From positions 1 to 64,000 of the forward strand of contig KZ538032.1 of assembly GCA_000934665.2 (NCBI GenBank): a DNA stretch of 64,000 bases, written 5' to 3'. How positions within the stretch are numbered: position 1 is the stretch's first letter; each line of letters starts with the position of its first letter. Position numbers and translations under genes: made by a program. Of this stretch, positions 55,170 through 64,000 are shown piece after piece. The notes beneath the pieces are model-generated. The model ran no database searches and was not told the origin of the DNA. It saw only the letters and a program-made list of their open reading frames with translations. The stretch comes from Catajapyx aquilonaris (lineage: Eukaryota).

Positions 55170-56646
55170 TAGAGATGGGACTATCGACTATCGATATATC
55201 GATGGTTTACTTGTGAACTATCGATATATATCGCCACTTCCATATATCGATAGATCGGATATCGATGGCTCAAAATTCGATATTTCGGCTACGTATTGTA
55301 ATAAAAAATTGGTAGGCTACTACTACTACTACTTACTAAATAATTACATTATTATAATTTCATAAGCTTGAAATAATTGAGTTTTTTCTTTTACAATCTA
55401 ATCATCCTGTCTCATGTGTGCACTATGCATGTGTGAAGTTTTTGCAAGTTTAGTTTTACCATTGTCATCATGGAACTAACAAGGGAAGTGTCTGTAGGGC
55501 CATCGGCCAATCGGCCCGAAAATGACACTAGGGGTAAATCGCAGGCCAGAAATTCATTGGTGAAAGTAAAAAGTCGCATTAGCCAAGCGTTTTCGAGCAT
55601 CGGCAGAAGAAAAAAAAAGTAATGCACTTCTCAGCAAGCTGTTTATTTATTCCTGTTGATTGCAAAAGGGAAGATATGCGGTGATAAACGGTGTTGGGGA
55701 AGAAAGAAAAAGAAACCAATGCTCCGAGACGAGAGAGGGAGGGGGGGAAAAAAGTCGCTTCCCACCAACTTGAACGCCAAGACTTCGGATCATGACGCGG
55801 ACGCGCTACCGACTGAGCCACGAAGACTGTTTATAATCTCTTCTGCCGAATGCGCCCCATTGTCACCGAGCAGGTTTGCCGGGCACCTATAGTCACCCAT
55901 ATCTCGAAAACGCTTAGCTAATGCGACTTTTTACTTTCACCAATGAATTTCTGGCCTGCGATTTACCCCAAGTGTCATTTTCGGGCCGATTGGCCGATGG
56001 CCCTACAGACACTTTCCTTGTAAGAGAAATGTTGATTTACCACCTGGTGACTAAGAGCATCTCTTTCTTCAGTGAAACTAACAATATAGCATCACTTTAC
56101 TTTCATTATTTGTGACTGTGGAGAAATAAGTGCATAAAACTTACAAAAACTTCACATTTGCATAATGCACTTATGAAACAGGTTATTCTATAATGTCAAT
56201 AATTTCATGCCCATTAAATTATGATATTATACTGAATGTAACACTAATTACACATTCAAAATTTATTTATTTTTTAATTTTTAATTTAATTTACCCCGTG
56301 TTCGAGCCTGTGGCTATATTATGCAATATTATATTTCTGCTATGATTTTATTTGATCACCATCACTTAGCCAAAAAAATAATTGAATATATCATTCCTAA
56401 AAACATCTCGAAGCAAATCTTGTGTAAATAAACAATGCTATGTGGCAGGTAAGTTAAATAGCTCCCCTTGATGCATAATGTGTCTTCTGATAAGCTGAAA
56501 TCACTGTAATATACTTTATTCTAATTTTCATGAAAATATCGATATAATATCGATAGTAGGGCTAACTATCGAGTATTCGATATATCGCTGGGTGGCAATA
56601 TCGATATATCGAAACATCGATACTTTGTTGAAAAGTCCCATCTCTA
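55170..56646. mobile_element. hAT-type non-autonomous element
   Basis: TIR TAGAGATGGGACT / AGTCCCATCTCTA; 8-bp TSD GTTACGAC (55162-55169, 56647-56654); ATCGAT subterminal repeats. Confidence 0.92.
55480..56020. mobile_element. MITE with ~118-bp TIRs nested in the hAT element
   Basis: TAA|CAAGGGAAGTGTCTGTAGGG...CCCTACAGACACTTTCCTTG|TAA; contains a tRNA/SINE-head fragment (minus strand, about 55770-55825). Confidence 0.85.
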
Positions 56647-57344
56647 GTTACGACATCACTTAAAATTTCACGACGGCGTAAATTACACCCGTATGCAAAT
56701 GACTTTTAAAAATACCACACACATGACTGTGTAAGAGAGAGGTCAGTTACACTTCCACACAAAAAATTCGGTTCTGCTGTTGTTAGTTAGCGAGATTTCT
56801 ACTTCCCAATTCTCTTTATCCCCCCCCCCCCCCNAAAAAAAAAGCCGAATAGTTTCACAACGCATGTGTCTCCACAAAAAAGTCAATCAGGGTAAGATCT
56901 GTGTTTATGTGGGGGTAGGCATTGAGAAGCATCTCAATCAAGACTTGGTACACTGGGAGGCTGAACAAATGAAATATTCCTATGGCAGATTTGTTTCAAG
57001 GATGAGATGACTTTTTATGTGCATCATCAAGAACAATGTGTGTGGTGTAAACACCCATCATATCCAGCACCTACGGGATAGGATCACAATTGTAACTCCA
57101 GATATGATTGAGCGGGTTTAGCACGACACCGAATACCGCCTTTTAAAAATCTGATGAGCGACAAATGAAACTCATATTGAAACAAACTATGGAAAGAAAA
57201 ATTTAGACATTTTTTTAGCATTTCAAAACTTCAATCATTTTGATATGTCTACAAGTTTTCGAGTTGTAAGGTTTTAAGATTGGGACATTCTTTTTCGATG
57301 ACCATATACTAGTCGGTACTGTATTAGGATACAAGTGGTAAATA

Positions 57345-57906
57345 CAGGGTGTTAATGAATTCAATCGACAAACTTGTAGGGGTAATAAAGGGGACCAAGA
57401 TAAATATTTTTGACATAGGAAACCGTGTCCGGAAACGCCATCTAGAGGGGGTTCATATACAAGGAACGGGTGCGCTCAGACGCTTCACGCGGGAGGCGCT
57501 AGTCGAGCGGACTGTTTTGTTGATAGATGGCGCGCAGGTGTTGCCAGGTTATGGTGTATCGTGTCGTTGTAAGTAAACAACAACGCGATACGCCATAACC
57601 TGGCAACAACAGAACCGCTGTTGACTATCCGCGCGTCTCCTGGGAGGAGGACTTTAGTTGCTAGATGGCTCTGCTGTTGCCACGTTATGGCACATCGCAT
57701 CGTAGGTTACTATCCGAGCGCCATCTATCAACAAAACAATCCGCTCACCTAGCACCTCTCGCGTGACGCGTCTGAGCGCACCCGTTCCTTGTCTATGAAC
57801 CCCCTCTTGATAGCGTTTCCGGACACGGTTTCCTATGTCAAAAATGTTTGTCTTGGTCCCCTCTATTACCCCTACAAGTTTGTCGATTGAATTCATTAAC
57901 ACCCTG
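57345..57906. mobile_element. Tc1/mariner-like foldback MITE
   Basis: TA|CAGGGTGTTAATGAATTC...GAATTCATTAACACCCTG|TA; ~190-bp arms. Confidence 0.88.
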
Positions 57907-59095
57907 TATAGAGCCATGTGTTTTCAACAAAAAGCACAAATTCGGCGTATAAGTTACTTTTAAATATATGTAATTCAATAATTAATTTAGCCCTCTGCTC
58001 ATAATCATTTTGTTAATGAAAGACTGGGAGAGTCAACTTCCTTGTCTTCCCCTCTCCCCTTTAACCCTTGCACAAGCCCGGAGGGAACAAAAATAATTAT
58101 AATAAAATAATCATATGTTTGTGAGGTGAGAAAGAGAAGGGGGGGATTCAGTCCATGCATTTTTTCGAAACATATTCCACTAAAATGGTGTACGCAGTTC
58201 CTGAATTTCACTAGGTTAGTTAAGCGCATAATTGGGCAGTACTGTGTGTATTACTAACAATTAGCGATGCTTTTATATTGTTCCACATAGTTCTGATGCT
58301 CATTCATGTTTAATTAGAAAATTGACCATAGGCATAGTATAGGTTTGAAACATTGCAATTGGCGGCGCTCGTCTGATCCCATCAAATGAGGCACGCAGGC
58401 GAGGCACGTGACATTTTTGGGGGGAAAAGAAACCTCTCATAGCATTTTATAGGCTCTCTTTCTCTCAGGCTCGGAGTTGTTGGACTCGACAATAAAAGAG
58501 ACCGTAAATCTCTAGATGATGGAACTTCAGTGGTAGTGGATACCGGAAATAAATATGTCACATCAGGGAAGTGCTGTTTAATACCTCGTGGATCACGGCA
58601 AAGTTGATTAGTAAATCGTTAACCAGTTACCTCCTAAATTACGAGCGAGCCTATTATACCTATTATTTTTTTTGCAAACACCTACGAAAGGCACTTACGA
58701 GAATTAGATCCTTCATCACTTTAATTACTAAGCCGCAAAAGCCAATGCATAAGCGACGTATTAATTGGAGAACACCTCATCCAATCCTCCCCCATTTCAT
58801 GCCCAGTAAAATCTTCCTTTTCAAATAATGTCCTCAGGGGACAATGTCAAAAATCACTCTTAATAGTGTAGCTATTTTCAGGAGCTTGTCGAGATTATGG
58901 CAGAATTTTAGATTCTTAGTGGCACCTTGGAAGGCCAACAAAGTTTGGATAGTTTGGCGGGAAGGTTCCACAGAGATTTGAACTCTGACCTCTGGATTAT
59001 ATGGTCCAGTGTGCTACCATTACACTATGGAACCTACATGGCCAATCTTTCAGAACTAAGAAAATGCCTTGCAACAATTCATCTTCTGACATATA

Positions 59096-59187
59096 CAGGG
59101 TGTTCCAGATTCGTGGGTCATTTTTTGATAACTGATATCGCCCGATAGCAGTTATCAAAAAATGACCCACGAATCTGGAACACCCTG
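59096..59187. mobile_element. 92-bp Tc1/mariner-like mini-MITE (near-perfect hairpin)
   Basis: TA|CAGGGTGTTCCAGATTCGTGGGTCATTTTTTGATAACTG and its exact reverse complement around a short loop. Confidence 0.9.
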
Positions 59188-59852
59188 TATAGAACGAACA
59201 ATGAGCAACAAGCAATGTGAAACGTGAAAGCAATACCTCCAACTCTGGATTAAATGACACCGATGTGAACTTTCAATACAATGCTTATATGCCTGAGAAT
59301 TAGCCGTAAGCTACAATGGGATGGCTTCTCACTTCTGCCTCTGTAGATGAACTTGATTGCCTGAGCATAGCTATTGTTCCACCGCATGTGTTAACAACAG
59401 CCAGAAAATACCTGAGTGGTAAATGGAAAAAAGAAAACTTTATATGCCAGAATCCAGCGTTTGACAGATGTGAGGTTTCTCTAGTGCAACTATAGGCCTA
59501 ATAATAGTGAATCATACATTCCCAATATTGCTCTTAGCACTCTTGCATTACATCAGAAGGGGCAGGATGTTTGTGGGTGTGAAACTCCGCGTGGAGGTGA
59601 GCAAGTGTAACCATGAGGTGTAACCACTGACTTGGACTTGCGTATAGTAACGTAATTCTAGGTTGATTAAAATATAGTTAATGATTACGCAAAGACAGGA
59701 AGCTCAATTGTTACCAGAAAATTTGTGATATCGTGGAGATGATATGCGTTTATGCCAAGCTGGTACAACAAAAATTCATATTCGCCTCCCAAGACACAAT
59801 AAATCATAATACAGACTTAGACGTCAATAAATTGCACCATTTCCATATTATC

Positions 59853-60100
59853 AGGACGACCCGGTGGTGTAGTGGTTATAGGCCTTACACCTCGGAGGTC
59901 TCGCGTTCGATCCCCGGGTAGGCCGATAACAATCTCTCTTCAGGAGTTTCGATGGTTTCTCTTCGTGTTCGTGAGGGTTTTCTATGGGGTAACCCGTTTT
60001 TTCCTATAACCGAAATCAATCATCAGCGCCACATTTCATTAGCTCGAACGAGAATGTAAAGGAAGATCACCTAAAAGGCAGGTATGGATCTTTCAGGGAA
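59853..60100 (+). mobile_element. Degenerate tRNA-derived SINE, family C
   Basis: ggtggtgtagtggtta...gttcgatccccggg...gagtttcgatggtttctcttcgtgttcgtgagggttttct; similar to 15922. Confidence 0.7.
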
Positions 60101-63100
60101 TATTATATAATAATCAAGTGACTGAAATGGAAAATACAGAAATATTTTTTAAATGCTATACCACAGTGTTTCTAAATACTGAATGTGATAGGACCAGTTT
60201 CTATTTTCAGCCATTTGTTGCAGTTTGTTTGTTGTCGTTGTTGTTAATAAATTGCAGAGCAATTTGGGTTGTAGGACCTTCAAAAGGTTGGGTCAGCCTG
60301 TAAAGCTTTCCTTAATAAGCAATTTGCCAAACGACAATGAATAACGGTCATTCATTGTTTTAATACACAGAGTATTCTTACGGAGTACCTTCCTACAAAT
60401 CTACAAGGTTCCATACCTGATGTGAGCAAGCTTACTGCCTATACGATGCTGAAGCACATCTACACAGAGAATACATCACCTGCACCAGCCGCCATAGATA
60501 ATGCATAGTTCTAGACACTCTCCATGTATGGTGAGATGCAAAGCTTTCAATTAATCTTACGAAGATTAGGAGTTTAGGACAAAAAATGACACTCCTACTT
60601 CCACTGATACTCTCCTCATACGCGTACAATCTTCTAAATACTGTATCAGAATCCTTAGGAAACACACACACTGTAGTGTATAGCCTACATGGCAATAGAG
60701 TGTCGACCCGTAGTTGAGGTGCTTGCAAAATAGCTTGAAAATTAATGAATTCGGCATCAAGGGCGTCATTTCAATATTAGCGTACGGAAGTGCTATACAT
60801 GCTGGCTCAGCTTTTGAAGGTGTTTTACAGCCATACTCAATTATGCATGACGTACCGGTACCCACAATACTAACTATATGCATGATAATGTAACTCCCAA
60901 GTTGTCATAGCTTGACATCATCCTGACTGTCTAGCATGATTGCAAAAAGAGAAATAATGGAAATCTGATTAAAAACGCTGCGCTTCCTAAACCGGGAGCA
61001 GTTACTCTTGTCATTCATAAACATTTATGTTTCATTACTGATTACCCCTTTGTCAATAAAATGTTTCAGGATAATGTTTATGTATTTAACATGTACAGTA
61101 GAAGAGGCAGCCATGTTTTATAGTGAAGATATAATACAATGTATAATATAATAGCAACATTACTACGATCATAGGACGTTTATAAAACATTCGCCCTTAC
61201 TTGAAAAGTAATAAATCAATATGGATAAATGGTTTCCTATACCAAATCAACCTGGAATAATGCATAACAGGAAAGTGATATAGTGGGTTTGGGGCAGTGT
61301 GACCTCAAAAATGAACCAATTGTGCTTTTGCACTGTTGCAACATCCCTCTAGCGGTTATGTTTCCATTCGCTTTGTTATTACCCCAAAGCCTGCATAGCA
61401 ATATTACGCAAGGTCAGTCTAGAATGATGAGTCTGCTCATGTCAATAAAGGGAAAATTTCGCAAACGGCACCTGTCCCTGATATTTAGAAAGTGAATATT
61501 CGTTTTCAGAACGGTTGCTGTCACGCGTGATATTTGCAGCAGGTTGTTGCCAATTGAGTGTGAAACCGGACAAATAAGCGAAAATTATTATTTTGTTCAT
61601 TTCTGCACTCGAGGTAGATGTGAAATACATCTTGTCTGAATTCTTTGAGTAAAAGTCACAAGCCTGCATATGGTTCAAAGTTAAAGAGATAAAAAGTGTC
61701 AGGCATTTCAGCATGATACTTTTTGAGAATAATAATTAATATTTAGGACTATGATGTGCAAGATATTCAAGGAAGGAATGTGTATCGTTATACCACCAGA
61801 TTTATACCAACATAGTGCATTGCATTTTTTAAAAATCCCTACTATTAAATAACTCACCTTCGTTTCGGCCGCGGTTTCGGCAATGCGAGAGTGACCATTT
61901 TTGAGATGGAGGACGCGGTCAGTAACGTGAGTGAAATGGACCACAAAACCCTAGCCCTACTGCGCTATTACGTTGGCCCATTAGACAAACTCTCGGTTAA
62001 TGTCGGTCATAGGATTACAGATTGTCATTACTCGTCGCACTAATTTTCTTAGCACAGAATTAGCCCACTTGGGTTTTTCCGCAGTCTAAAACCCGAATTC
62101 CACGTACAGCATTGCACATACCACGTTTAACTCATTACATCGCATTAGGCGTTCAATCAAAGTAATAACTCATGTAAGTAGGCTGGATATGAAACAAACC
62201 TAACTAATCAAAAGCAAAATTAATGGCACTTGATGTAAACCCATATTGAAACGTATGACCTTGTGGCTTATAGCCTGATGCCATAATATGCTCCACGTGT
62301 ATTGAGTTACCGTACTCCATCCAATAGCCTGTCCCATGAGTCTTTTTTTTTAAAACCCTTCAACGGGATCGTAGTTAGCATAGTTTTGAATGGAGTCGCT
62401 CAATATTATCCTACCATGTCAACACTTTTATGCGAAATGGGTGAGCAATCCCGGCGAAAAGGTAAGCTTGTGAATTCCTTCAGGCGATCACATTATAATT
62501 CCACTCGGCGCGCAATTCCGTCAGAAATTCATCATCTTGCGAATGTCTGGTTGGCTGCAATTATCCTGTGCGTAGAAATAATTATTTCGTCGACAATGGA
62601 GGAGCTTTCAAGACCTCTCGAGTTTCATCATCGCTGTTAATATCGATCAACGTCAATGACGACATGCGACGGGTTATATGCTGTATATTGTTGAGGAAAT
62701 CGCCCCAGACATATTTTGCACTGGATATCTCACATTGAACGTGTTGAACATGTATCAACCAACCTTTGAGCCACTGCTTAAGGCTGGTGGCTTCAACTAA
62801 TTAAACCAGTCGTTATTGATTCGGAAACTGGGTATGGTCTGCATACAATAGCCTGAACCCGGTTTACATCCGATTGCATCCCCTGTTATTATGTGGTCCT
62901 GGTACATTCAAAACACAATAACTTCCTATATATGATTGGAGGGAGAGAAAAGGGAGATTGAGTGGTTTTGCTTTTCTATGTGCAGGTCGGGTCAAGTTGG
63001 TCATTACTGTACTCGCCTCTCTCGGGACGAAGATCAAAGGTGTTCCATTGATGATGAAGTGCAGCAGAGAACTGGAGGACTTTAACTGGGAAGGTTATGC

Positions 63101-63612
63101 AGCAACTTGGGGATATGTGAGCCGTACATTGGAGTACTTGGAATTTCAGCGGCTTCCATTAGAGGAGCTGAATTGGAAACGTGGAATGAGGGGATTCCAT
63201 GTACTCTGATGTCACTTTCTGGCTTCACTGCTGGTCCAATCAGGTTTATTTAAAGACATTCGTCGCCACTGTAGCAACAATTTCAGAAATACTTAGAGTG
63301 TGTTAAAGAGACAATATACGCAATGGAAATGAAAGACGTGCCATATAATCTGTGCTTGTCGGCGCCAAATCCGTGTATTATCGTAGGTATTAAGTGTTCA
63401 GTCTCTTAGTGACGCCTGTAACTCTAACCCTGGATTCTTCTTACTTGAAGATACTCTCTTTCTTTCACCCATAAGGACAACCTGATTGAGAGATACGTAT
63501 GAACTAGAAATGTAGTGGCATGGGAGAGTACCTCAGGGAACATCAATATATTATTGTCGTTACTACTACAGTATAATTATGCTCTGCCTTAAGGATATTT
63601 AGCACGGAAAGT

Positions 63613-63717
63613 CAGGGTTGACTCCGAGTTGAGATGGGGGTTAATCCCCTGATCGTATACATAATATCAGTTCATCCCTATGTCGCTGAGGTCGAGAAGG
63701 ACTTGGAGTCAACCCTG
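63613..63717. repeat. Short inverted repeat (mini-MITE-like)
   Basis: cagggttgactccgagt / acttggagtcaaccctg; a third partial copy at about 63728. Confidence 0.55.
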
Positions 63718-64000
63718 GTCAGGAAGCAGGGTTGACTCTGCCTGCCGTGGTTAAGAGCGTTCAAATATGGCGGGCAGAATCGAGTTGGAATAAGTTGGAA
63801 TAAGTGTTTTGGAGCTTCCGGAGGAAGTCGAGGCTGGGTGACCAGACATGGTATACGACTTCGTAGTGATCCTGGGTCTGCGGAACAGAAGACACGACGA
63901 ATATGGTAGATGATGTTTCTTTCCGGAAAAAAGCAAGATCCGGTTCTGGGCAGTCGAGCCGAGTAACGCCGAGTGCATACGTATCCGACCCTATACCCCG

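Larger units (their letters stand above)
54230..57306. mobile_element. Decayed Tc1/mariner-family element hosting nested insertions
   Basis: Left TA|CAGGGTTATCGAAAAAGAATG... is inverted relative to ...CATTCTTTTTCGATGACCATA; transposase C-terminal remnant at about 57040-57185 (HLRDRITIVTPDMIERV*HDTEYRL..ATNETHIE). Confidence 0.7.

Noticed and set aside
57151..57175. CTGATGAG...GAAAC hammerhead-like core
   Set aside because: No stem II or flanking stems; the sequence is the decayed mariner transposase end (..ATNETHIE).
62958..63209. Exon-like ORF after a polypyrimidine-CAG acceptor
   Set aside because: No family similarity recognised and no partner exons; insufficient support.

Overview
Intron-rich, repeat-dense animal (most likely arthropod) genomic DNA, not prokaryotic. 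Three protein genes were reconstructed by hand from splice sites. (1) A complete 16-coding-exon Drosha (+, about 11401-29048) that keeps its zinc ligands and RNase III catalytic residues but diverges at many normally conserved arthropod positions. (2) A convergent PDGF/VEGF-receptor (Pvr/VEGFR-like) tyrosine kinase (-, 29947-45704). (3) The last four coding exons of a Rab26/Rab37 GTPase (-, 48585-53229); no 5' exons were found in the window. Introns and intergenic DNA hold a decayed Helitron, non-autonomous Helitrons, at least four tRNA-derived SINE families, many MITE/foldback elements (hAT-, Tc1/mariner-, Harbinger-, P- and piggyBac-like) and a single 5S rDNA unit inside a Drosha intron. The most interesting candidates are: a possibly neofunctionalised Drosha paralogue; a MITE-derived 35-bp hairpin with Microprocessor-substrate geometry about 180 nt after the Drosha stop (possible self-cleavage autoregulation); a divergent but covariant 5S gene that may be Helitron cargo; a mariner-like MITE inserted exactly at the apex of a perfect hAT palindrome; and three GC-AG introns. 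Family assignments rest on recalled motifs; no searches were run.
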